A stretch of DNA of 64,000 nucleotides from a virus (taxonomy: Duplodnaviria; Caudoviricetes), in IMG/VR virus record IMGVR_UViG_3300033066_000592, positions 10,265 to 74,264 of that record; one strand, given 5' to 3'. Shown in pieces: positions 41,651 to 50,611 of the stretch. Made by a program: the position numbers and the translations under genes. Numbering within the stretch: the stretch's first letter is position 1; each line of letters begins with the position of its first letter. The notes beneath the pieces are model-generated. The model did no database searches. It was not told where the DNA came from and saw nothing but the letters and a program-made list of their open reading frames with translations.

Positions 41651-44368
41651 ATGAGCAGGCAGGTCATCTTCCACGGCGCAGTTCTGACGCGGCCAGGCGC
41701 GGCCACGTTCGTTGACGCCTCGGCTTTTGCCGATTTCTTTCTGGCGGGCCTAGGCATCGTCGCAATCATCGGTCTGGCCGATGGTGGTGAGCCGGGCGTC
41801 GTCAAAACGTTCCGCACGCCAAAGGCTGTGCAGGACTACTACCGCCAGGGCGACATCCCTGAGTGTGCGGCGATCGTCTCGGACCCGAGCAACGACAACC
41901 GTATTCAGCAAGGGGCGTCACTGCTCGTCTGCGTCAAGACGAACAACAGCACCAAGTCGACGCTGACGAAGGGCCCGTTTACCTTCTCGTCGCTCGACTG
42001 GGGAGCGCATACGAACAACATCCAGCTCGCGTTTTCGAATCCGAGTGGCGGTGATGATCGCGTGCTGAGCATCAACTCGCTCGATCCGCTTGGCGGCACC
42101 ATTCAGGAGGTGAGTCCTCCGCTGGGCCTCACCGGCAAGATGACGCTTCAGTATCTGGGCCTGGCCGGCGACGCACTGCTCTCGATTACGGCGACGCAGC
42201 TCACGCTGACTACAGTGGCATCGAGCGGCAAGCTGTATACGGGTGATGCTCCTTTCAACCTGGCGCCGAATGACACGGTCATCGTCTCGATCGACGGCGG
42301 CGTGGATCAGACGTTTACGTTTCTGGCCACCGCGGGTACGACCGACAGCGCGGTTCAGCCGTACACGCTCGCCAACGGCGAAACGCTGCTGGTGTCTGTG
42401 AACGGTGATTCGCCGCAGACGTTCACGTTCAACGCGACGGCTGGCTACTACCAAGGCTCGGCAGGCACGTTCGCTGCACTCAATGGCACGACGTTGGCTG
42501 TGAAAGTCAACGGCGGTGCGGCTCAGACCACGACGTTCACGGCTGGTGCTGTGGACGCCGTGACGGCTGCCGCGGAGATTCTGGCCGCGACCACAGGCGT
42601 GGCTGTCGGTGTGTTCAACGGACAGATTCGCGTTACGTCGCTGCGCGAAGGCACCAGCTCCAGCATCGAAATCACAGCGACAAACGTGGCGGCTGGCTTC
42701 CCTGCGCTAGGCTTGGGCGTGGCCGGCACAGGCGATTTCTCGGACATCGCGAATGCGACGGCTGCCGAAGTGCAGACGAAGATCGCAGCGACGCTCGTGA
42801 ACGCCACGGCAAGCGTCGCTGCCTTGAAGGTACGGCTGACGTCGTTGCGTCAGGGACTGTCATCCACGGTGCAAGTGACGGGCGGTACCGCGCGCATTCC
42901 GCTCGGCTTCGACAACGCCGTGCACGCGGGCACCGGTAACGTGCAGAACATCGACGCCGTGACGGCCAACGAGGTGAAGACTATCGTGGCGCCGGCTGGC
43001 GGCGTCAGCACTGTCGTGCCCAGCGCCACGGTATCCGGCGCATTTCGCGTGGAGCTGCGATCGGCTACGGCCGGTGCCAGTTCGTCGATCAAGATTCAGC
43101 CGTTGTCGACCGCTGACACCGCGTTGAGTCTCGACAACGTCACGCACAGTGGCCTTGACGCCGTGCCTGGCGACAACATCACGGTGCTGTTCTCGGCCGT
43201 GCCTGACATGGCGAGTCTCGCGCACGTCATCAACGTCACGGGCAAGTACATGCTGACGCCGCTCGTGGGCAGCCCTGGGCTTTGGGACAACACATACTTC
43301 GATGCCATCACGAACGTCTCGACGATCGGCGGCGTTGAAGTTTTTGCGCGTAACTGGGATGTGCTCGACTGGGTCTCGCAGACCAGCCAGCTCGTGTCTG
43401 TGGACTTGACGAAAGGTCAGACGGGACCGGCTGCCACGTGGGCTCTGACCGCAATGGCTGGCGGTACGCGCGGCATCGCAACGAACGCCAGTTACATGGC
43501 TGCGCTCGCCAAGCTCACGACGATCACCAAGAATCAAGTCGTCGTGATGGCCCCGACCGATGGCATTCCGCCTGACACGTACACGCGCGAAGCTGTGCTG
43601 GCCGGCTCTGTGTCGCACGTACGGCAACAGAGCGGTGTCGCTGGCAAGAACGAGTGCCAGCTGTGGTTCGGCTTTGCAGGCAGCAAGTCGGACCTCATCT
43701 CGACGGCCAACCTCTACAGCAGCGAGCACCTGTGCCTCTTGGGTCAAGAGGTGCGGCGTCAGCGCGTGCTCGATGGCAACGTCGTGTGGCACGCAGCCTG
43801 GTCCAGCGCTGCGATCTGTGCAGGCATGCGCGCTGGCGCTCCACCAGCTACGCCGCTCACGTGGAAGTATGTGAACGCACTCGGTGTGCGGCCCGTCGAC
43901 AGTTCGTGGAGCGACGAGAACAGCTCGGACATCTCGGACTTCAACCTGAACGGTGTGATGTGCCTGACGCCCGTGCAGGCCGGCATTCGCATCGAGAAGG
44001 GCATCACGACCTACACACGCACGAACAACGCAGCCTTTGAGTCTGAGGTCATCGTGCAAGGCTGGAAGCGCATGGCGCGCGGCCTGCGCACGACGCTCGA
44101 AGACACGTTCATCGGTGAGAGCGCCAGCGCGCGGCGCATCTCGGCTGTGCCGAGCACCGTGACTGCCGTGATGCAGCAGTACAAGGAAGAGGGCGAGATC
44201 ACGGACAGCGTCGAAAACGGCGTGCAGGTCAACGCCTTCCACGACATCAACGTGCGTGGCTCTGGCGACATCGTGGAAGTTGACGTCACGATTCACCAGC
44301 CTGATGGCATCAACTTCATCCTGGGCACGATCTTCACGCGACCGGCATCGTTCGCGGCCACGGCGTAA
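41651..44368 (+). CDS. contractile tail sheath protein with large repeat insertion
   Basis: N-terminal TRPGAATFVD...IIGLADGGEP; C-terminal PLTWK, GIRIEKGITTY and RTTLEDTFIG sheath motifs; about 310-aa Ala/Thr/Gly-rich insertion. Confidence 0.92.
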   Translation: MSRQVIFHGAVLTRPGAATFVDASAFADFFLAGLGIVAIIGLADGGEPGVVKTFRTPKAVQDYYRQGDIPECAAIVSDPSNDNRIQQGASLLVCVKTNNSTKSTLTKGPFTFSSLDWGAHTNNIQLAFSNPSGGDDRVLSINSLDPLGGTIQEVSPPLGLTGKMTLQYLGLAGDALLSITATQLTLTTVASSGKLYTGDAPFNLAPNDTVIVSIDGGVDQTFTFLATAGTTDSAVQPYTLANGETLLVSVNGDSPQTFTFNATAGYYQGSAGTFAALNGTTLAVKVNGGAAQTTTFTAGAVDAVTAAAEILAATTGVAVGVFNGQIRVTSLREGTSSSIEITATNVAAGFPALGLGVAGTGDFSDIANATAAEVQTKIAATLVNATASVAALKVRLTSLRQGLSSTVQVTGGTARIPLGFDNAVHAGTGNVQNIDAVTANEVKTIVAPAGGVSTVVPSATVSGAFRVELRSATAGASSSIKIQPLSTADTALSLDNVTHSGLDAVPGDNITVLFSAVPDMASLAHVINVTGKYMLTPLVGSPGLWDNTYFDAITNVSTIGGVEVFARNWDVLDWVSQTSQLVSVDLTKGQTGPAATWALTAMAGGTRGIATNASYMAALAKLTTITKNQVVVMAPTDGIPPDTYTREAVLAGSVSHVRQQSGVAGKNECQLWFGFAGSKSDLISTANLYSSEHLCLLGQEVRRQRVLDGNVVWHAAWSSAAICAGMRAGAPPATPLTWKYVNALGVRPVDSSWSDENSSDISDFNLNGVMCLTPVQAGIRIEKGITTYTRTNNAAFESEVIVQGWKRMARGLRTTLEDTFIGESASARRISAVPSTVTAVMQQYKEEGEITDSVENGVQVNAFHDINVRGSGDIVEVDVTIHQPDGINFILGTIFTRPASFAATA

Positions 44369-44395
44369 TCAACCCGCTCTGAGAGGAACAGCATC

Positions 44396-44866
44396 ATGGC
44401 GAACAGAAGCACACAAGTTATCTCAGGCGCGCGTCTTGGCTTTCTCTTCAACGGCAAGATCGTCGCCTACGCCAACGAAGTCAGCGGCGGTGAAGAGATC
44501 CGGCATGACGAAATCGACGTGCTCGATGACATCGTCGTCAAAGAGCACGTGCCTGTGGCATATCGCGTCAGCTTGAGCGCCGTCATTTGGCGCACGGTGG
44601 CTGACGGACCTGCAACGACGGAGGCGCCTGGCTCTCTGAAGGAGATGAACCTCTTTCCGAAAGTCGAGAACATTCTCCGCACGGTCGGTTTGCCAGCCAT
44701 CCTGGTCGACAGCATCACAGGCAAGACGATTGCGATGTTCGAGAACGTCAAGGCCAGCGGCAATCGCTGGAGCGTGCCCGCCAAGGGCACCGTTCGGCAG
44801 AACGTCGAGTTCGTCGCACGTCGTCAGCGCGACGAGTCCGAAGTGAAGCCGGTACGCACACCGTAG
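44396..44866 (+). CDS. tail tube protein
   Basis: Follows the sheath; 156 aa; VISGAR...VAYANEVSGGEE beta pattern. Confidence 0.85.
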   Translation: MANRSTQVISGARLGFLFNGKIVAYANEVSGGEEIRHDEIDVLDDIVVKEHVPVAYRVSLSAVIWRTVADGPATTEAPGSLKEMNLFPKVENILRTVGLPAILVDSITGKTIAMFENVKASGNRWSVPAKGTVRQNVEFVARRQRDESEVKPVRTP

Positions 44867-44905
44867 CGTCAGGTGGTACCATCTGGTCACGAGGAGACAG
44901 ACCAG

Positions 44906-45355
44906 ATGGACCCCAAAGACCAGCAGCCTGCCCAGCCTTCCGAGAATCCTCCCAGTATCCTTGACCTGAAGCTTGACGATCCCCGTCTACCGAAGACGGC
45001 GGAGCTGCCGTTCAAGCAAGCCTTCGTCGTCAACGTCGACATCGAAGAACCGGACACGACGCCTCCATACGAGCCGGTGGTGCGTAATTACAACGGCGTT
45101 TTCATCGTCAAGCGCATGACGATCGAGGAGCTGGCGCAGGTCGAGGTCCGGCGTACGGCCCTGACAGGCGGCATGATGCTGTCGCAGTCGATCGACATGG
45201 TGGCCGAACAGATCACGTACCTGGAAGGCTGCTTGGTGGTCTGGCCCGCCTGGTGGCGTCCGCGCACGATGCACTCAGCTAAGCTCATCAACATCGTGTG
45301 GCAGAAGGTGCGTGCTTTGCACGCCAACTTTCGAGTCCGAGTGCTGGGGGAGTGA
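44906..45355 (+). CDS. tail assembly chaperone (gpG-like)
   Basis: RBS GAGGAG before ATG 44906; lies between tube and tape measure. Confidence 0.75.
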   Translation: MDPKDQQPAQPSENPPSILDLKLDDPRLPKTAELPFKQAFVVNVDIEEPDTTPPYEPVVRNYNGVFIVKRMTIEELAQVEVRRTALTGGMMLSQSIDMVAEQITYLEGCLVVWPAWWRPRTMHSAKLINIVWQKVRALHANFRVRVLGE

Positions 45356-45764
45356 CAACCACGGCACACGTCTGCGTGAGGCTGCGTACGCGCGAAACAA
45401 GCTGAACCCGTTGGCACGCTGGTGGTGCGATAAGTACCGGCTGCCACCTAACGATCCACGTCTGACGAGCCTCACGCCAGAGGAACTGGCTATCCAGTTC
45501 TACCAGGACTTGGTAGAGCAGGACGTGAGCAACGTGCTACCGCCAGACACAGATCACGGCAAGGTGCGCGTACGCAGCGCCGATCCGATCGCAGATAAGT
45601 GGGACAAGCAGCTTGTCGAAACGGGCGAAATCGACATCACGCAGGATCTAGACGAAGAAGACGCCGCCGCTTTCGAAGCTTTTGCAGCACGTATGGCAGC
45701 CAAGCAAGCGCCTATGCAGATGCCCGCTCTGCCTGCTGACATGAACGACGACACGCCGATGTGA
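45342..45764 (+). CDS. tail assembly chaperone extension (gpT-like), probably reached by frameshift
   Basis: Overlapping +1 frame with no ATG or RBS near its start; GGGGG at 45346-45350 just before the upstream stop. Confidence 0.6.
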   Translation, partial: CWGSDNHGTRLREAAYARNKLNPLARWWCDKYRLPPNDPRLTSLTPEELAIQFYQDLVEQDVSNVLPPDTDHGKVRVRSADPIADKWDKQLVETGEIDITQDLDEEDAAAFEAFAARMAAKQAPMQMPALPADMNDDTPM

Positions 45765-45769
45765 GGACC

Positions 45770-48052
45770 ATGGAACCGATCGAGCTACAGCTTGGTTTCG
45801 ACCTAGAGAAGCTACGCGCTGACTCCAAGACGGCCGGCAAAGTGATCCAAGATGGCGTGGCCGGTGAAGCCGCAGCCTCTTCGAGCACGGCCAAGAGCAC
45901 AGACCCGCTGCTGCGCATGTCTGCGAGTGCAGAGGCGTTGCGGCGTGAGCTGCTGGGTGTAGGCAAGCTTCTCGACGACAACGAAAAGCGCTACGGCAAC
46001 ACGCTCAAGCTGCTTGAACGGCAACGCGACGCTGCAAAAGAGCTGTTCGCCGCCACCAAGGGCGAATCCGGTGGTGTCGGCGGTGGTGGATCGGGCGGCA
46101 CTGGTAGCGGTTCGGGCGGTGGAAAGCGCGAGAGCAGCATGCTGAGTCACGCACGAGGCATGCAACTCGTGCATGCCCTGCAGCAGGTCGAACAGATGGC
46201 GATGCACGGCTTCTCAGAGTCAAGCATCTTGCGTGGCGTGGGCAGCATGCTGTCTACGCTCGGACCTGCCGGAATGATCGGCGGCATGATCTTCAACACG
46301 GCTGCGGCGGGTCGTGAGCTGGAAGTCGGTGAAGGCCGAACGCGGCTTGAGATGTACAGGCGCGGCGGCAATGCAGCGCGTCAGACCTACCATGACCTGA
46401 CGTCGGGTGCGATGGCTGGCTCAGAATTCACAGGCTGGCAGAAAGGTTCGCCGCAAGACCTGGGCCTGACGAATCCTGAGATGGCGCGCATTGTTCAAGG
46501 TCTCATGCGTGCACAGGGCAACCTGAGCAACACGTGGGACGTCACCAAGCTCCAAGCGGGGTATGGCGCTGGCGATGAAGCCACGAAGTTTCTAGGCGCG
46601 CTGTCGAGCCAAGGCCAGCAGGGCAGCCGACGAGAAATCGCGCAGGTCATCGGCCTCTACTTAGCGCAAGGGCTAGATCGCGGCCACTTCGGACAGAGCT
46701 TCGATTTCATGACACGCGCCGTGGCGAGCGCCGTCACGGGCGTCGTCAACGTGAGCGAGCTTGCACGCACCGCGCAGTTCATCGGTGCAGCAGGCGACCG
46801 TTTTAAAGGTGACACGGCATCCGGCCATACGATGCTATCGGCCTTGGAAGGTATGGCTGGTGGTCGCACGGGCGCAGCCAGCAGGTATTTTGCGCTGCGT
46901 GCAGCGGGCCTGGGCTCTGGCGCGAATTACTGGCAAGCCAGTCTGGCTGTGTCGCGCGGTCTGAACATGGCCGGTGGCGTGACGACTCGACAGACGATCG
47001 GTGCGTACCTGCAAGAAGCACCGGACATCGAGTCAGCATGGCGTGCAGGAAACCGCGCCTACGCTGCGAACCGTTTGGCAATGCTCAGTGGTCAGACGCC
47101 AGCGATGGCTGAAGACATGCTGCAAGCGTACTTCGCTGGCGGCGGCTCTGAAGATGTGACTGCTGGCCGTGAGAGCAAGATCAACGCCGCCATCGATCAA
47201 GCGCGCGTACCGGAAGCTGATCGGACGCACGCAGACGATGAGAATCGCAAGCAGTGGCTTCTCAACAGAGAGGCGTATTACAGAGACCGCTCGCGCGGTG
47301 CACGGCAGAGCCGTGGCAGCGACTATCTAGAAGGCGAGCACGATATCAAGTCGACGGAACAGTTCGAGTCGTTGTACGGACGCTCCAACTATGGTCAGCC
47401 CCGTTCCAACGTGATTGAAAACGGCGAGTACAAGCCGGGCCAGCGCACGCACGATGCACAGGATATGTACTTTCCGCCTGGCTCGCCCGTGTACCTGGCC
47501 GTGGCTGGCGTTGTCACAGGCATCGGCCAAGCGATGAAAGACAGCCGCTACGGCTGGTACGTCGAAGTGACAGACGAGCAGGGCCGTGTCTACAGGTACG
47601 TGCATCTGGCGGAGAAGCCACCTTGCGCTGTGGGCGACAGCCTGGCCGCAGGTACGCCGCTTGGCCGCACGATGCCAAATGCCTTTCCAGGCGGTGACAA
47701 GAGCCACCTGCATATGAGCGTGCGCGACCGTGCCGGTCGTGCTTTGAGCCCATACAGCGCGATCGGCATCAAGGGCCTGAACACGCTCGTGAACGGCTTG
47801 AAGTACAAAGCTGGTGATGGCGAGTCTACAGCGCCTGTGGGTAACACAGAGAACGGTGTCTCTGTAGACGACATGCCTGGCGGCGTGCCGTCAGAAGACT
47901 ACACAGGAGGACCAGTTAGCGCGCTCGGTCGTGGTCGCAGCAACGTGACGTTCGATGTGCATGTACACGATCATCGTGTCAGCGTGACACAGCGTGCCTC
48001 TCGCGAAAGCAGTGGCAACGGTGTGGCGCTTGCACGACAGGGGCTTGGCTGA
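45770..48052 (+). CDS. tape measure protein with C-terminal M23 peptidase domain
   Basis: Ala/Gly-rich helical body; HDAQD (HxxxD), YVHL and SHLH (HxH) M23 motifs near the C-terminus. Confidence 0.8.
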   Translation: MEPIELQLGFDLEKLRADSKTAGKVIQDGVAGEAAASSSTAKSTDPLLRMSASAEALRRELLGVGKLLDDNEKRYGNTLKLLERQRDAAKELFAATKGESGGVGGGGSGGTGSGSGGGKRESSMLSHARGMQLVHALQQVEQMAMHGFSESSILRGVGSMLSTLGPAGMIGGMIFNTAAAGRELEVGEGRTRLEMYRRGGNAARQTYHDLTSGAMAGSEFTGWQKGSPQDLGLTNPEMARIVQGLMRAQGNLSNTWDVTKLQAGYGAGDEATKFLGALSSQGQQGSRREIAQVIGLYLAQGLDRGHFGQSFDFMTRAVASAVTGVVNVSELARTAQFIGAAGDRFKGDTASGHTMLSALEGMAGGRTGAASRYFALRAAGLGSGANYWQASLAVSRGLNMAGGVTTRQTIGAYLQEAPDIESAWRAGNRAYAANRLAMLSGQTPAMAEDMLQAYFAGGGSEDVTAGRESKINAAIDQARVPEADRTHADDENRKQWLLNREAYYRDRSRGARQSRGSDYLEGEHDIKSTEQFESLYGRSNYGQPRSNVIENGEYKPGQRTHDAQDMYFPPGSPVYLAVAGVVTGIGQAMKDSRYGWYVEVTDEQGRVYRYVHLAEKPPCAVGDSLAAGTPLGRTMPNAFPGGDKSHLHMSVRDRAGRALSPYSAIGIKGLNTLVNGLKYKAGDGESTAPVGNTENGVSVDDMPGGVPSEDYTGGPVSALGRGRSNVTFDVHVHDHRVSVTQRASRESSGNGVALARQGLG

Positions 48053-49740
48053 TGTCCGTCACGCGCTCTCGCGAAACGTGTCATGTCTACTGGATCTCGC
48101 GATCCGACTCCCGGCTATCGTCAGACGCGCTGCTCACGGCTGTCGGCGATTTGCGCTACCTCGTCACGCGCACAGGCGGCAGCGCCAGCGGCTTTTTGAC
48201 GGACGAAGCTGGCGTAAGCGATGTCGTGTCGTCGAGCTGGACAAAGGACACGCGCACGCCAGCTGGCGTGTGGTCCATGAGTTTGGTTCCGAATAAGGAC
48301 TACGCGAACCTCATTCGTGCTGGCGATCTACTCATTCCGATCTGCGGATACCGATACGCTGACGACGCGAAGCGCACGCTCATCACAGTGCTTGTCGTCG
48401 ACAGCGTGCATGAAGACAGCACGCTTACAGGCACAGGTGCGATTGAGCCTATCGTGCAAGTGACAGCGCGCGATCTTGGCAAGGTTCCGCAAGAGACGTC
48501 GCTGGTGCTTGATCCTGCGTTTGCCGCCAGTGCTGTGACGGCCGACAACTTCTTCAACGCACAGCTGTTCGGTCGGCTCAAAGGCATCTACGGCGGAAGT
48601 CCTGTGCAGATCGTGATGACAATCTTCGACATCCTGTACAACTCCGCCGTGACGGGTAGTGGCCTTGTTCAAGAGCAGTGGCGCCTGTCGAGCAGTGCGA
48701 AAGCGGGCGTGTCGCTCATGAATCTGCTCGACCTCAAGAGTCATGTGCAGGCACCGATGTTCGGCTACTGGGTTCCAAACACGCTGGGCCTGGCTGAGGC
48801 CGGCAATGCCTGGCAGCTCATGAAGTCAATGAGCAATCCGATCGTCAACGAGTTCTTTGTCGACGTACGTGACTTGGTGAAGGGCTACGACAATCACTTG
48901 CGGCACACAGAAGACGTCGCCAGTGCTTATCTACCGGCTGGCGACGTTCGTGCACAGCGAACACAGCGTGACGCCGTCGCGAATAACTTCAATCCGCCAC
49001 GATCGTCTTCCAAGGAGTTGGCCGAGTTGGCACGGCTCAGCCAGCATCGCGTGTCCCTGTCGCTCGTGTTTCGGCAGATGCCCTACGACACGGCGACGTT
49101 TGAAGCGCTACCTGAGCACGTCGTAACAGAGGCTGAGCTGTTGTCAGCTGCGAGTATGTCGCGTAGCGACAGCGAAGTTTACAACCTGTTCCGCGTGCGC
49201 ACGCCATCGCTTCCGCAGATCGAGCAGGAACTCGTCTTCGGTCTGAAAGTGAACGAAGAGTCGATCCGGCGTTTCGGTATCAGGCGCTATGAGGGCGAGA
49301 CGCTGTACCCGCTTGCAGATGAGGGCCTTTCCAACGCATACAAAGACGGCAAGCTGTCTACGCCTCCTGGCATCTCGCAGGTGGCCTTTGACTACTACGT
49401 GGGCCTCGTTTCGACGTGGTTCGCGTACAACCAAGAGCTGTACGCGATGCCGCTGCACATCCGATACCGACCTGATATCCGTGTCGGCAACACGTTGCGC
49501 TTCGTGCGCACCGTACGTATCAAGGGCAAGCCCGCTTTTGAGCAGACGCTGAAGTTCTACATCGAAGGCGTGAAGCATAACTTCCAAGCGCAGCCCGGTG
49601 GCTCTAGCACGACACTCACGCTCGTGCGTGGCGTCGTGCAAGATAGGAAACGGCCAGAGGCCAACCTGTACTTCACAGGCAAAGGGCCTTCGCTGAAACG
49701 AGATCCGTACAAGACGATCCGAAACGTGGTGGGCGCATGA
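48052..49740 (+). CDS. baseplate hub protein
   Basis: Follows the tape measure; SSSWTKD...GVWSMSL, NEFFVD and YIEGVKHNF...STTLTLVRG hub-type pattern. Confidence 0.75.
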   Translation: MSVTRSRETCHVYWISRSDSRLSSDALLTAVGDLRYLVTRTGGSASGFLTDEAGVSDVVSSSWTKDTRTPAGVWSMSLVPNKDYANLIRAGDLLIPICGYRYADDAKRTLITVLVVDSVHEDSTLTGTGAIEPIVQVTARDLGKVPQETSLVLDPAFAASAVTADNFFNAQLFGRLKGIYGGSPVQIVMTIFDILYNSAVTGSGLVQEQWRLSSSAKAGVSLMNLLDLKSHVQAPMFGYWVPNTLGLAEAGNAWQLMKSMSNPIVNEFFVDVRDLVKGYDNHLRHTEDVASAYLPAGDVRAQRTQRDAVANNFNPPRSSSKELAELARLSQHRVSLSLVFRQMPYDTATFEALPEHVVTEAELLSAASMSRSDSEVYNLFRVRTPSLPQIEQELVFGLKVNEESIRRFGIRRYEGETLYPLADEGLSNAYKDGKLSTPPGISQVAFDYYVGLVSTWFAYNQELYAMPLHIRYRPDIRVGNTLRFVRTVRIKGKPAFEQTLKFYIEGVKHNFQAQPGGSSTTLTLVRGVVQDRKRPEANLYFTGKGPSLKRDPYKTIRNVVGA

Positions 49741-50603
49741 CAAGAGACTACGACGGAAGGCCCAGACAGGCCGGCGCTGATTCGCACACGCTGCACGGCC
49801 GTTACAACAACTATTCCGTGGTCGGCATGCGCGAAGGCGTCGTCATTCGTGTGCTGTACGTTGACGATCAGGACAACCGCAACAAGGCTGCGGTCGAGTA
49901 CGTCGTACGTGACATCGGCACACAGAAAGAATTTCGCTGCGTACAGCTTCTACCTACGTCTGGGCAGGATGACGGCGACGACACGGTCCTGCGTGCAGCT
50001 GGCGCTACGAACACGAAAGGCCAGCTCACGAGCTACACCGCAGCGAAGGATACTGACGGCGACCATGTTCACTTCATGTGCGTGGAAGGCAGCATCGACG
50101 TCGGTGTGATTCTAGGCGTGAAACGACATCGGCAAGCACGCTACGGCGCAAAGCGCGCTGACGGCCGGCGCCGTCTCGTCAGGAATGCTGGTACGAATGT
50201 CGAGCTACACGCTGACGGCGGTTTTACGATCACGCGCGACAAAGACACGACACGCCTGAACATCGACAAAAACGGCAACATCGCGCTAGAGCACAAGAAG
50301 GGCGCGAAGCTCATCATCGACGCAGACGGTCAAGTCACACTCGACGCTGCCGCTGGTCAGAAAGTCATACTGCAAGACGGCACGCTCGGTGTAGCGCGAC
50401 TCACCGACACGGTGGACGAGAGCGGCGCCTTGGTGGCGTGGGACAAAGCGCTCATCGCGTTTTACACGCAGGTGATCAAAAACGAAGGCATCCTTGCGTC
50501 GGCCTTCTCGACGCTCGGCATCACGCCGTCAACGCCGCCTGGACCCATACCACAGACTGTCGGTGTGATAAGTTCCGCCAGCAAGAAAATCACGGGTGGT
50601 TAG
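49737..50603 (+). CDS. baseplate central spike (gpV/gp5-like)
   Basis: N-terminal OB-fold-like region (GVVIRVLY...VEYVV) followed by beta-strand repeats (LNIDKNGNIALE, LIIDADGQVTLD). Confidence 0.75.
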   Translation: MTRDYDGRPRQAGADSHTLHGRYNNYSVVGMREGVVIRVLYVDDQDNRNKAAVEYVVRDIGTQKEFRCVQLLPTSGQDDGDDTVLRAAGATNTKGQLTSYTAAKDTDGDHVHFMCVEGSIDVGVILGVKRHRQARYGAKRADGRRRLVRNAGTNVELHADGGFTITRDKDTTRLNIDKNGNIALEHKKGAKLIIDADGQVTLDAAAGQKVILQDGTLGVARLTDTVDESGALVAWDKALIAFYTQVIKNEGILASAFSTLGITPSTPPGPIPQTVGVISSASKKITGG

Positions 50604-50611
50604 GCTTACCG

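Noticed and set aside
42860-44296. 478-aa minus-strand ORF, and similar long antisense ORFs (15039-15965, 20295-21401, 33226-34008, 56520-57365, 62922-63728)
   Set aside because: They lie opposite well-supported genes, lack RBS and motifs, and are the expected shadow of GC-rich codon bias.
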